The translations under genes and the position numbers were made by a program. DNA of 61,656 nt, the filler included, from Basidioascus undulatus (lineage: Eukaryota), in assembly GCA_000826855.1 (NCBI GenBank). It is 4 parts of 4 records of this genome, joined end to end, with 100 filler letters (N's around TTAATTAATTAA, not from the genome) between each part and the next. Parts side by side here need not be neighbours in the genome. Positions count along the whole stretch, not along the records: positions 46,354 to 61,656 come from JTLS01000649.1; 3 more parts are not named here. The stretch is one strand, 5' to 3'. Every line of letters starts with the position of its first letter. Position 1 is the first letter of the stretch. Below, piece after piece: positions 46,354 through 58,773 of the stretch. Below the pieces are notes generated by a model. It was given only the letters and a program-made list of their open reading frames with translations. It was not told the DNA's origin and did not search any database.

Positions 46354-47731
46354 CCGTGCCCCGGGAGGGACATAGGCGTTCGGACCGCGGACGACGGCAC
46401 CGTACCTGAGTGAGGAAAGAAGACGATGAGAAGGGAGAAAAGGGGAAAGGAGGGGGCACTCGTCTTACTTGTCTTCCTCGCCCATCCCTGAGTCGTCGAC
46501 CTGGCCGCGCTCCTCGAGAATGTGGGGATTGGAGGAGGCCGTCTGCCACGACCCGACAACCCGTCAGCAAGCGAGTCCCGTTCCACCTCACCCTTCCTCC
46601 CTCCCCTTCCCCAAAAGCCCAGCAAGCAAGCGAACCACTCACGCCCATGATCTCCCTGGCGAGCCTGTCAGCGCGCTTCTCGCGCTCCTTGTAGTCCTTC
46701 CCCGAGCGGTCGAGCTTGGTTGTGTAGAGCTCCTCGTCGAAGTCGGTGCCGATGCCGAAGAGCTGCTCGTTCGCCCGGAACTGGTCCCAGCCGCCGATCT
46801 TGCCCTCGAGGCCGCCCACGGGCGCGGCCATCGGGTCGTCGTCTGCCCATGAGATCGGGTCCGCCGAGGAGGAGAGGATGGCCGGGTCGTTCAGCAGGGG
46901 GGGAGGGGACGGCTGCCACGGCTGCAGCTCGCGCTCTTGCAGCGGCCGAGGCGTGCCGGAGATCTCGGTGTCGGTGCGGAACGCTGTGAGAGAGCAGCAG
47001 GCTTAAAGGATGAGCAGGTGCTCTCTAGCTCTTTAGCGTAGGGAAAGACGCACTGTCCCGCTCGTCGGAATCGAGATCGACCCCGACCGCCTCGAGCTCG
47101 TCCAGGTCCTTGGCGGGCACGATGAGCGTCGGGCGCAGGGGCGCGGGCGTGCTGCCCTCGGCGGCGCTGTCGCCGCCGCTGACGAGCCGGGCGGCCTTGA
47201 GGACGACGCTGAGCTCGCCGTCGGTGTGCGCCGAGGAGAGGATGCCCTCGTGCCGCTGCCCGAGACGGGTCGTCACCGAGACCTTGGTGCCCTGCATGCA
47301 TCATCATCAACCCCCACCAAACCAAACACGTGTTTCCACCCCACTCGTCTCATTAGCCTCGCGCACTCCCGAGCAGCCGAGGAAGGGCACTGCACGCACG
47401 ATGAGGTTCATGATGAGGAACAGCACGCGGTCGTGCATCGCGCGCTTGGCCTGCTCCTCCGCCGTGGGCGCGTACGTCGCCTGCGCGGGCGTCGGGAACG
47501 CGTTGCCCACGCTCGGGGGCGGCGCGCGCGGGGTGTTGTTGTTGAAGGAGGGGAGTGGGCCGTTGGAGTTGCCGCGCCAGCTGCCGCGTCTGTAAGCACA
47601 GGCGATCAGCTAGGTGCGAGATGGTAGCGAGACAGGCAGGCAGCGGGGAGGAAGACGCACCGCGAGTTGGGACCGAACGAGTCGTGCCCGCCGCGGCCGC
47701 CTCGCTTTCCGCGCGTTGCGGTGGTCGCCAT
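46354..47731 (-). CDS. PBP1: Pbp1/Ataxin-2 homolog (Sm-ATX and LsmAD domains); 3' part lost in the gap
   Basis: HDRVLFLIMNLI|GTKVSVTTRLGQRHEGILSS, FRTDTEIS, ERELQPW, WDQFRANEQLFGIGTDFDEELYTTKLDRS, ADRLAREI, NPHILEERG, EEDK|YGAVVR. Confidence 0.93.
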
Positions 47732-48973
47732 TGCTGGAGTGGGATGCGGTGTGAATATGTGTAGTGGTAGGATGTGCAGCTCGCAGGGTGTAGGCTGCTA
47801 AGGATGTGCTAATCCAAGAGGACTGCGCGCCTGATCAGTGATCGGTGGGTGCTCGTCGTCGTCGTCGTCGTCGTACGCTCCTCGGTCCACTATGGCGGGC
47901 GGTACAGCGGGAAGGGGTCGGGTGAGGGGGTGCCGGGAGAGAAGGCAAGCGAGGGCGAGGGACCGAGCGGGGAGCTGAGAGCCCGGCGGGGTGTCTCGCA
48001 GTGGGCTGCTGCTGAATGACGCGGACTACGCGTCTGAGCTGGCGATAACAACAAGATAAACCGGCCCGGAATTGGTGGGGAGGGCAGGAGGTGGTGTGCA
48101 CCGGGCCTGCTGCTGGGGAATATGCAAGCTAGATGAGGGCGCGCGGGGTGGGCAAGACACCGGGGCCGCTTGGCGCGAGGGCGTTGGCAGTGCTCAGCCT
48201 ACGAACAGCGAGGGAGCGCGTGCACAGGCGCAAGTCCAGCCCCTTTCGGTGAACGACCTGAATTCAGAATACCGACGGACTGAAACGCCTGCGTTTTCTT
48301 TTTCACACTCAGCTTCATTATATGCAATATCAGGCAGCAGTACTCGGTATCTCGAGACATCGGAAGGCTTTGGAGTGGCAGGACTGATTTAGAAAGACCA
48401 AGAAATCCGAGATGTGCTTTCAGCTGAATCCCTTGCATGTCCCAAGTTTGACAGCGTTGTCGAGCCCCCTGCCTTCGTTACAGTTGTTCTCCTTTCAATT
48501 CTACCCCAGTCCCTCTACAAACTGGCTATTATGAACCTGTTGATTTCTGTAGTCGACAAGCATCGGACGTTCAACAACGATGTCGACGTTGCGAGTGGAG
48601 AAGACGCTCTGAAGTGGAGGCAATTCGGCAGCGCTTCAACACCTCCGCTACCTATCGCACCGATAGCGACCCTCGCTGGCGATAGGCTGCCACCGCTGCC
48701 CAGCGTCTCCAGCTCAAAAAACTATTACCATCCGATCAAGCACCATATCAGCTCCTTCAAACGTAACCAAATACCGAGAAGACTTGATATCTGCGTCGTG
48801 GGTGAACGAGCGTTGATCGACGGCAGGTAAGATGACGTCGTAAAGAGGCAACCTCCTCAGCTCCTCCAGTCCTTTGGAGAGGCACATCAGCGTCCCCATA
48901 TCACCCTCCCCTTGGTCGTCCCTCTTGTTCCCGTTCTTCCGCGTACCACCACCCAACGAACTAAACCATCAAC

Positions 48974-50213
48974 ATGTCCACCCAGGTGCGCCCTCACCTC
49001 CCAACCAGAAGGACGACTTGGCTCACCCCTTCGGGAGCAGCACACCTTCAACCTCCCCGAGGGCCTCCCGCCCATCTGCTTCGCCTTGCATGAGGCCAAA
49101 ACCAAGAAGCGTGCGTCTCCTTCCCTTTCCTCTTTTCTTCTCACTCCCCCTCCACTTACACTTCCTCGGAACGCAGAGCTCTCCTTCGAGCAGATCGCGA
49201 AGGAGATCGGGCGCGGCGAGGTGCGCTTTCGTTTCTCCCTCTCATTGGTTGAGAACTTGCAGGGGACTCACGCTGGGATCGACTGGATGGCAGGTCTTTG
49301 TTGCCGCCCTCTTCTATGGCCAGGCGAAACCGGAGAAGGAGGAGTGCGTGTTTCGGGATTGTGCGTAGGGAGGATGGGGGGGCTGATGGGGGAGGAGGAA
49401 CAGCATCACGAAGCTCTCGAAGGTGCTCAACATCCCTGAGGACCACTTGACCGCGCAGGTACGTCTCCCCTTCCCCCTCAAACTCTGGTTGAAGAAGGCA
49501 TAGCTCACCTGAGGGACGTGGGATCCAGCTCGGCGAGCACTTCTACCCCTCCAAGGGCTCCCTCGGCCACGGGCCCCCCACGGATCCGACGCTGTACCGT
49601 GCGTCTTTTCCCTTCTCCCTTCCGCCTTCTCCTCCCCTCCCCCTTTTCCCTTTTCCTTCCCCATCGCACCCTGACTCTCTCCCGCTCAACAGGCCTGCAC
49701 GAGATCATGCTCGTCTACGGGCAGCCCTTCAAGTCGCTCATCAACGAGAAGGTCTGTCCATCCTCCCTCCCCTCCTCCCCTTCTGCCCTTCTCCCCTTTA
49801 TCCCTTTCCCTTCTTAGCGCCACCGCTGACGCCCGGATACGAACACCAGTTCGGCGACGGTATCATGAGCGCCATCGACTTCACCGCAGACGTGCAGAAG
49901 AAGGAAGACCCGAAGGGCGACCGCGTGGTGATCACGCTCGAGTGCGTCTTCCATTCCCTCTCTCCCTCCCCTCCCCTCCGCTTTTTTATCTTTCGATCTG
50001 ACACCTCGTCTCTGAAAACAGCGGGAAGTTCCTGCCTGTACGCCTCCCTCTTTCACCTTCCAGAAAAAAACGAGAAACACGCTAACATCCTCATCCCTGG
50101 TTCTTTCTCGCACGGTGCAGTACAAGCGTGCGTCCCTCTTGACCCTCCTCCGGAAACGAAATGGAGGAGATCGCTGACTTGAGTTTGTATCTTGAAACGC
50201 TGCAGGCTGGTGA
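48974..50213 (+). CDS. CYN1: Cyanate hydratase (cyanase), about 11 exons
   Basis: LSFEQIAKEIGRGE|VFVAALFYGQA, PPTDPTLYR|LHEIMLVYGQPFKSLINEK|FGDGIMSAIDF, KGDRVVITL|DGKFLP|YK|RW*. These are diagnostic cyanase motifs. Confidence 0.96.
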
Positions 50214-50369
50214 AAGCTTGGTTCAGTATGAAGATATGAGTAGTGAGAGAAAGGAAGCGAAGGGATTGTAGAACGAGAATGAGTGATTGAATGCAAGTCT
50301 GTTTATTGGGTTCTTATTGAGCTGCTTGCATACCTCGTGAGATGGATGGGTCCCACGGACAGAAACTCA

Positions 50370-51406
50370 GACGAGAGCCCTGGCTGTATCTTGTGCCACG
50401 ACCTGCCCGGTCGTCTCTAAGGTGAGCATGGTTGGGATCTCTTTGATGGTGGTTTCAGCGTTTGCATTGTGTGTATTAACTATCCTCAGATAATCGAGCC
50501 GAGGTAGACGAAATGAGTCACAGTCGGCATGGAAGTAGTCGATGTCATGGAAGACAGCCACGGCGGTGCCGCGACTAAGTATAGGCCGCAGCTTATGGGT
50601 CTGCTATGGTCCGTGTGTGCTCAATATGTAAAACTTACGCAAGTGGTAGTCAAAATAATCCTTACTGAAACACATCAGCCGCGTTACCACAAGTTTGCGA
50701 GAGACAAGAAACGCACCTGTTCCGCTGCCCACGACCTGCATCGCCTTCGGCTTCGCTACGTTGCACTGTTGTTCTCAGAGCTGAGGTAGAACGCAATAAA
50801 TCTCGGGGAGACGCCGGGCACATCGCTCGTCAGGACGAGAGTTCGCATCCCTTCTTCTTGTTCTTCTTGTTCTTCTTATCTTCTTCTCTCTCCTCCCCTC
50901 CCCTCCCGCTTCCGTTTTACCCCTTACCCTTGAACTCTGCAAGATTTCCGGGAAGAATGAAGAAGGCTGGCGGCTCCGCTCGCGATGTCTTACGCACAGC
51001 CCCAAATTTCGTCGTGTTGGGTGCTGGGCACACGAGCGCAACAGCCGTGCACGACAAATGGGTGCATGTCATCTTCCACAAGGGACTTTCCCTCCAGACA
51101 GCCGCCAGCAGTGTCTTCATGCGATATCAACCAAGAAGCATAAAGACACAGCGTAACAGCCAAAGTCGCTAACACGTTCCCCTAATGAGACCCGCCACCC
51201 CGACCGTGATGATTCCCTTCAAGCGGACCGCATCGTATATAGGACCAGAGTAGCGGACGTGCAACAGAGCACAGCGACCGAGAGGCGAGGCAGATGTTGC
51301 TAAGGGACGCGTTGTCGGGCGGTTCGCGGGGAGAGGGCCCGGGGGTGGGAAGCAAGTATCGAGCAATCTCCGCGAGCGTCTCGACAGGAAGTTGAGATGG
51401 CGGCAT
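50370..51406 (-). pseudogene. F-box/LRR gene relic
   Basis: MPPSQLPVETLAEIARYL...SLSNICLASRSLCSVARPLLWSYI (F-box) followed by a stop. A downstream fragment FRLPRLDYLRI is separated by a CTT-rich stretch at about 50850-50930. Confidence 0.55.
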
Positions 51407-52261
51407 GCCAGAGTCACCAAAAGAATTGATCGAAACCCGTCAGCCAAGAGACGGACGATCGAAATGTGGCGCGCTTTGCACGGCAGGGTGGGGTGTTGGT
51501 GGGTGGGCGAACAAGGACGAAACACGAAAGGAAGGTTCAGACGAGGGCAAGGTCGACGAGCGGCAGTCGCTCTGATTGTCAATGAAGCCGTCACATACTC
51601 GATATATATGCGAGCATTTTCGGGCAGGCTTGCTACTTGGATTGAGTTTCAGATTAAACGAGAAAAAGGAGCAAGAGCTTGGCCCGCAGTTTGACAGTCT
51701 TGTGTGCAGCGTCACGGCAGTCGGGCGCTGCTCAGCCGCAGGCACTTGCCCTGAGCGGGTAGGCCTTGACAAGGCCGTAGGTGAGTTTTTGGCGTGGTGT
51801 ATTCGGCCCTCGCTGACTTGGAAGTCTCTGCATGAACACGTTGTTGCTTCTCGTATTGCCTGACTTCGTGCATCGCGACCGCCTGTTCATCACTAATCCC
51901 ACCATCTCACCCTTCCATCGGACTTCACAGACAGCTTATCAGCTGCACCTCAAACTTTGCTAAAAATGGCTGTGCCTGTGAGCAACAGAACACGTATTGG
52001 GCATGTTGCCCGAAGTCCGCAAAAGCCCTCCGTTCTTTTATTCTCATTTGCATTGCGAAGGAGACATGGTTCTTATGAATAATCCCGGTGCCTTTAGACA
52101 TGCTCATTGGCGACGGGCGGACATATGGCAGTGAAGCAGGCCGAGCCATTCAGGTCGGTTTCGACCGCGCAAGCTGAAACTGTGCCCCCGCGCCGGACCC
52201 CCAGTCCCGAATGACACGGTGAATGAGCGCAGCCCTCTTGACAGACTCACTGGCGACGGGG

Positions 52262-52306
52262 GCAGTGAAGCAGTGAAGCAGTGAAGCAGTGAAGCAGTGA
52301 AGCAGT
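52262..52306 (+). repeat. Octamer tandem repeat (GCAGTGAA)5+
   Basis: Read directly from the sequence; one more GCAGTGAAGCAG occurs at about 52128. Confidence 0.9.
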
Positions 52307-52745
52307 CAACCACCGCTGTCGAAGCTGGCATTCCGGGTCCACCGCCCAAGCTGAAAGCTGAACCTGTGCGCAACGGCCGGCACCCAAAGTTCGGAAGCAC
52401 CCTCAATACAAACCCGAAAATTTTGTAAAGATTCCCAAACACACTTACAGGGTCGTATCGTATCCCAAGTCCACATACCTCCTTCGAAATAGACGCTCTG
52501 TGAGTCGAGCGAACTTGCCCTGCGTTTGTACGCGGCTGGTTTCTGTGCGCCGTGGTCGGAGGGGTTAAAACCAAGCTAGATCTTGTACGAAATGCAGAAG
52601 GTATCCAGGGAGGCTGTTATTGCAAGCCGACGACAGCTCAACAGAAAGCGCATGGTAATGCAATGGTATACTGTGATACAATGGGCGGTGGTACAACGAT
52701 GGAGCGCACACAATGCGAGGGTAGAAGTACAAGCGACGGGTCAAA

Positions 52746-53915
52746 TCAGGCGTACTGTCATCGAGAGCAGAATGTTAGCTGAGCTTTGCGGACCGATAGG
52801 TCAATGGACGTACGCGAGTCCAGGTGCCGCGGGTCATCCAGCTCTCGGTCTGCTGGTCCTTCTTGTCTTTCGGACCGACTGTGGACGCACTCAAGGATCA
52901 ACATCACAGCCAGGAAGAGCACCAAGGCGAGGGAGGAACGCACAAATGGACTGGACGGCATCGCTCCGCGGCTTCGCCACCGAGCTCTCCTTGAGCGCGG
53001 CCGCAACGGCCTTGCGCGCCCCCAGAACGACGTCACTAGTCGGGCCGAGCGCAGGCCCAACGACGGGGGCCTTCTTCGCCTTTTTCGCCTTCCCCTCTCC
53101 CTCCCTGTCCGCCTTGCGCTTCTTCTTCTTCCCCTCGCCCTCCGCTTCCCGCGCCGCCAGCAGCGCATGCAGGAGCGTGAGCTGGTCCTCCTCCTTCGGG
53201 TTGAGCTCCACGACGTCCTTGGTCGGATCGTACCGCGCGCCCGTCGTGGGGCACGTCGGCGTGTCGGAGGACGAGATGGCGCGCAGGCCCGCCTCGGAGA
53301 AGACGCAGCCGGACGGGCGGAGGTAGACGAAGCGGTGCATGCCGTTCATCTCCTTGAGCGTGAGCGGGCAGACGAAGGGTGCTTTGGTGGGTGCGGAGGA
53401 GTCAACGGGGGCGGTGGTGGCGGAGGGGGAGAGGGAAGGGTTCGGCGTGAGGACGATCTGCTTCACATCCTGTGTATCCTCCCGGTCTGCGTGAGAAGGC
53501 TGCGGGAACAGCGGGTGCGGTGTACACGACTTACCTTCAGGGACCGGATATGCCCGCAGATCTTATCCCCATCGCCATATGCAGACTTGTCCAGCAAGTA
53601 CTCTAGCAGCGCGTCCTTGTTGTAGAGCTTGCCGAGCGCGCACGCGACGACAGGCTCCTGGAGCGGCTTCTGCTCACCATACCCGTTCGTGAGTTGCGCG
53701 CATCTTCACCGCTGTAGGAAGTGCTCAACGAACCTTGGACAAGGCGCAGAAGAACCACTTTGCGGCGCGGGCGCTGTCCTCGTCGCGCTGCTCGGGCTTC
53801 TTGCGGGTCTTGACCAGCTCCGTGCGCTTGACAAACGAGCCACCGTCATTACCCTGCGGGAGGAAAGGAAGCTCAGCAACTTCAGATAGTCTCCGAATCG
53901 GAGCTCCCGTACCAT
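52746..53915 (-). CDS. RTF2: Replication termination factor 2 (Rtf2, RING-like)
   Basis: M|GNDGGSFVKRTELVK, WFFCALSK|KPLQEPVVACALGKLYNKDALLEYLL, HIRSLK|DV, FVCPLTLKEMNG..RFVYLRPSGCVFSE, WMTRGTWTR|YA*. Confidence 0.95.
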
Positions 53916-54827
53916 TGTAAACTGTTATAAACGAACGGAGGATGGGGGACAGGAGGGAAAGTCGGAGGGTGATGGTGGCGAGATGGTGAGCGTCGACGCG
54001 GGCGAACTTTGGCAAAACGAGTGGATTCGGGGCCGTGGGAAAGGCTGATGCGGCTGCGTGTTCATTTCAGTGCCTCGACCTAGTTTTGCGGAATTGTGGA
54101 GCTACAAAAGAATGCAGGGTGGTCTGGGTAAGAGTACCAGCCCAGGTTGGTTTCAGTTTCACATTAATGGGCCACTGAGTTTCACGAAGTGCCTGCAGCC
54201 GAGGCAGCGGCTGAGGTAGCTCTGTCCTCATTCTGCTCACCATCGATGCGTGTCGCTCGCTAACACGAGAGCATCTGCAGTTGGGAGTAAAAGAGGACAG
54301 AGATAGCCGATGGGTCGGCTGGAACATTAGGGCAGCGGTGAGAGGGCTCAAACAAGACAAGGAACTTGAGCGAGGACCATGACTGCCGCTCTTTGACTGC
54401 GCTTGAAAGCGGCCAGAGCTGATATGACTATAAAGTACAAAGATATTAACCAATAATGCAGGTAAAGGAACCTTCGAGGGCTTTACAACTTCTTGTGATT
54501 GATTTGTCTCAGCTACATGTTCACCACCACCGCCCATCGTCTGCCGATGTGAACGCAGTACGCTGCACACGACAATCAAGTCAGGAATTTCGCAGAAGAG
54601 CATGTTTGTCCTGCCCAACGTTCGCCGAAGACACATCTTTACATAACGCGAGAACGACACCTGTCTACGTTGTCTTATCAGCTGCGTCGGGATCCCGCAT
54701 CGACCCACGCACTTCTGGTGTGGACTCGCGGGAACGCAATGGTATGGAGTAGATAAAGCAGGGCACTATTTCTCAACACAGTCCCTCTTGCGTTCATTAT
54801 CTTAGCTGAACTTACCAACCCTGAACG

Positions 54828-56409
54828 ATGTCGACGTCGCCTCCCTTCGATCCGGCTGTTCACCTGGCTTACGAGCCGCCGAAGGCAGCTGAACTTTTAA
54901 GACCCTTCACAAAGTGGTATCTGACAGCCCTGTTTTTATGAGTAGTCTGTTCTTACCATGAAAGACCTCGGCCTCTCCGGCCGGGGCGAGATCTCTCACA
55001 TCGCCGTGACCGACCCGTTCCCGCTCTTTACGCGCGAGGGCGTCGAAGCCATGCGTGCGGAGATCTTCACGCCGGAAGTACTGAAGACTTTCAGGGTTTC
55101 TTCAAGCAGTAAGGGGACTGGCAGTTGAAAGCTTCCCGTCTGAGGTGTTGACGAGAATGCCTGTCGCGATAGTCGCCAAATGCCAGATCCGGGGCTTCAA
55201 CGACTCGACGCCGTTCATCAACGCCGCCTGGACATCACCAGAGCTGCTCAGGGCAGTGTCCGAAGCGGCGGGGATGGAGCTGGTGCCCATCATGCCAGTG
55301 TGTCATCTTCACCTCACTCTTTTCCCCTTGTCAGCCCTTCCACTGTAACTCACCGCTCACCGCATCCCCCTCAGTACGAGATCGCGCACATCAACGTGCA
55401 AGTTGACGGTGGTGCCGGAGCGCTCGAGAATCTCAGGCCGCAGCCGTCTCCTCCCCTTCCGGGACTCACGATGAGCGACAGCGACTCGAGCTCATCGTCG
55501 GAAGAGGACGAGACAATGGACAATGTCGCGACTTCCGTGCACTGGCACCGGGACTCGTACCCCTGGTGAGGCCACATTGTGTACTAGGTGAAATAGGTTT
55601 GGAGAAAGAGCTGAAATGAAAGCTTTGGCAGGGTCTGCGTCGTCATGCTCTCTGACGTCTCTACCATGCGCGGCGGCGAGACATGCATCGTCAAAGGAGA
55701 CGGCACGATCGTGCGGACTCGCGGACCTCAACTGGGCACAGCTGTGATGATGCAGGGTGGGTCTAAACTTATGTGAATTGCGGGAAGTTATTTTGCTGAA
55801 TTTCGTGATCCCAGGGCGGTACATCGACCATGCGGCCCTCCAAGCTCTGGGCGCAAGCGAAAGAGTGGCCATGGTGCGGCATCTCCCTGGACGTTTTCAT
55901 ATTCAGGCTGACACTGATCTTTTCGCTTCCATAGGTCACCTCCTTCCGGGCGAAAGACCCCCTCGTCCCCGATGACTCAGTCTTGACCGTGCGCTGTCCA
56001 TCCCTCTATCCCTCATTTAACATTATGCTTAATGTAAATGTACATGTGTCCCATAGACGATTCGCCCTATCGCGAACCTGGAGGAGCTGTACTACCGTGA
56101 GTCCAAACGCCAACGCTCTGCCTAGCTTCTCATTCACCATCAGACAAAAAATTGCAGAGTGGTCCTCATACCGCCTCGAGCTTCTCGCGGCACGCTTCGA
56201 GGCCAAAGCGAAGGAGCTGCACGAGTTGAAGAAGCGCAGCCCGGGATGGGGCCACCCGATCTTTGATCGAGCGCAATTCAAAGAATGGGCTGTAGGGCAG
56301 GTCGCGTACCTTCAGGTGCGTACTGAATTAAAGGAACAATGAGGCTCGTTTTGCAGGAATTCTAATTAGTGGGGTGTTGGGGCAGAGGACGCTCGATGAA
56401 ATGGTCTGA
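54828..56409 (+). CDS. Fungal 2OG-Fe(II) dioxygenase-fold protein
   Basis: FDPAVHLAYEPP, AVTDPFPLFTREGVEAMRAEI, YEIAHINVQ, WHRDSYPW|VCVVMLSD (HxD), GGET, GTAVMMQG|RYIDHAA (distal His), ERVAM|VTSFR, ending RTLDEMV*. Confidence 0.8.
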
Positions 56410-57660
56410 GGGCCATCCTCCGACGCAGAGGGCTTATTTGTGTTACATTGGGTTGATGAGAGGATACAGGCTGGGAGCTTGTATTGAAGGACGTGTATGA
56501 GGGAAAGCGGACATGAAGGCGCGCTGTTGAACGAAACCACGCGCAGCAAATCAGTGTGCACTACTGCCCTTGAGCTCGAAGCCCTGCAGTACCATATCGA
56601 ACCCTCTTGGGACTTGAAACGGCCTCTGATGATTCGAAACTCAAGAAACCCAACGGCACGGCCTAGCCTTCGACAAGGGAAGCAGTTGAATGTTCCACAG
56701 CGGATCTGAAATTTCGTAGACAGCACGCCTGGGCAACAGGACCAAAGTGGAGCGCATTGACTGAGAGTCGCAAGTTTTGAACGGCGCGAACAGGCTAGCT
56801 AACATCAGAACAGTTTGTTTTAAACCGAGTAAAGAAGGCCACCGCCTCGACTGCTAAACATCAGCGCCTCCATGCCCGAGCAACATGGCCCGACAGGGGG
56901 AGGTGTCGCACAATTCTTTATATTCTTTTTGAAAACACTTGTATAAGGTCTCTCTGGAGCTGTAACCTGAAAGTCTGCCCCCATTCGATGCCGTTGCCCA
57001 CTTCGCGCGGAGGTGTGTGAAACGAGGACACTCATCGTAGGCGCTCTGTGGATCACTGGGTCGAAGATACACCCTGCCCTTGGGTCTTGGGTGTACCCAC
57101 TCAAGGCGTGGCGGTGCGGCCGCGGTGTCGGTCGCGGCTGCGACTGTCACAGCGAGATAAGAGTCGGTCGCGCAGAGATAAGCAGGCTGTGATGGCATGT
57201 TTCAATGCCATATACGCCTCCTCACGGAAGCTATCAATAAAGAGATGCCCGCTTACCGGACATCTCAAAGAACGCTGGCCGACACGGGAACGGGCTCGAC
57301 AAGCCATTTCACGGCCGCACTCACGTCGCCTCGCACAGCACACACTCACATAAAGCGGCCACCGATATGAGAAATGTGGCAGAATATTGAATCTGTGGAT
57401 AGCTGCCCTAAAATTCGAGTCGCGTTGAAAGCAGCAAGCCTCCTGTTCCCAGCAACCTCGCGCTGCACTTGTCTTCGTTTTGATCTTGCCCTGCCTTTCC
57501 TTGGCACCATCACTCTCTGGCACCAAAAATCTAAGAGCGCCTAGAGGACCATCATTTGGAAGTCAGGTATCACCTCCATGAGCGCGGTCATATACAGCGT
57601 GGGTGAGTGCGAGGCTGATGCTGAACTCCAGCCCCAGAACTGACCCTCGTCGGACTCGCA

Positions 57661-58084
57661 GGAGGACTCGCACCATGTCCGTCTCCAAAAAGACAGTCGG
57701 ACTGATTCTATCCTTATTCGCGGTCTGTAAGTGACTTTTGCAAGCACCGCCCCACGGCTATATCACACCTTGCTTACCCGCACCTTCCCAGTCGTATTCT
57801 GCATCCTCCTCTTCACCTACCTCTTCCTCCGCAAACGACGCTACTTCCGACAGCAAGGCCAGCGCAGCTTAGATTCCGAGGACGTACGCGACGAGGGTGG
57901 GCCAACGGCGATGCTGCCAACCCTCGAGAAGCACCAGATCACGCTCGCGCTGGAGCGCTCGGCGTCGGTCGACTCTCAGGTGCTGGAGAAGCTCGGGGCG
58001 ATCGCGGAGGCGGAGGAGGCCAGGGCGAAGGAGGAGGAGGACCGAAGAATGTTGGTTCGGGGGAGTGGGCATTGTGGCGTCTGA
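57661..58084 (+). CDS. C-terminal exons of an unidentified membrane protein; 5' part not found
   Basis: KTVGLILSLFAV|FVFCILLFTYLFLRKRR (TM helix plus basic stop-transfer) followed by a charged tail, with GT-AG introns. Confidence 0.4.
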
Positions 58085-58773
58085 GAAGTATGTCTAGGCG
58101 GGATACCAGTTGATTTTACTTGCTGCAAGTTTGTGAGGGCCTGAAGGCCACGTCTTGTGGCTGTGGCCGGCCTTACCGTCAAGCGGATGTTCACCGTGCT
58201 AGATAGTCAAATGGGGTTACTGTACAGTGAACAGTGATGCTCAGACTCGAGCAGCATTGTTGTCGAGGATTCATGAAGTCCCTATCCTCTCCTAGACCAT
58301 ACACACCTAATCGCGAAGAGACTTTGTCGCACACTTGCTCTTCTTTGCCGGCGATGGTTCGGGGAAAGTATTCCATGGAAGACTTATTACTGAATGTTTC
58401 ATGTTTCTATTTCATTATGAGCATGCAAAATTACGGAGGCTGCTTGTTCGATGCAACGGTCTCGCTTCACAGACGGCCAAAACTCAGTCAAAAGTGCTTG
58501 CCGTCTTTGACATAAACCCTAGTGAACTTCGGTGCCTACGCTGTGCGCCAAGATCAGCATCATTTGTGCGTCTCTATCGAAGATTCCAACTGTTACGGCA
58601 TTGACGACGATTCCGCTCTTCTGGCGCCTTCAAGCTCCAAACCAGGGGTCGCTCCGTCCTCATTCTCCGTCCTCGTGCCGCAGTCACATAAACCCTCGAC
58701 AATGCAACATCTTGAAATTGAAGCGGTCTCATGGTTCACCCTCATCATAACACACTCACTCCGAGTTCCAGCA

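Noticed and set aside
52262..52306. Short repeats as a CRISPR-like array
   Set aside because: This is a contiguous 8-mer tandem repeat with no spacers, in eukaryotic DNA.
52583..53625. Long plus-strand ORFs (247 and 279 aa), and similar ORFs opposite SNX4, the Zn2Cys6 gene and the ZIP gene
   Set aside because: They are antisense shadows of high-GC3 coding exons on the other strand.
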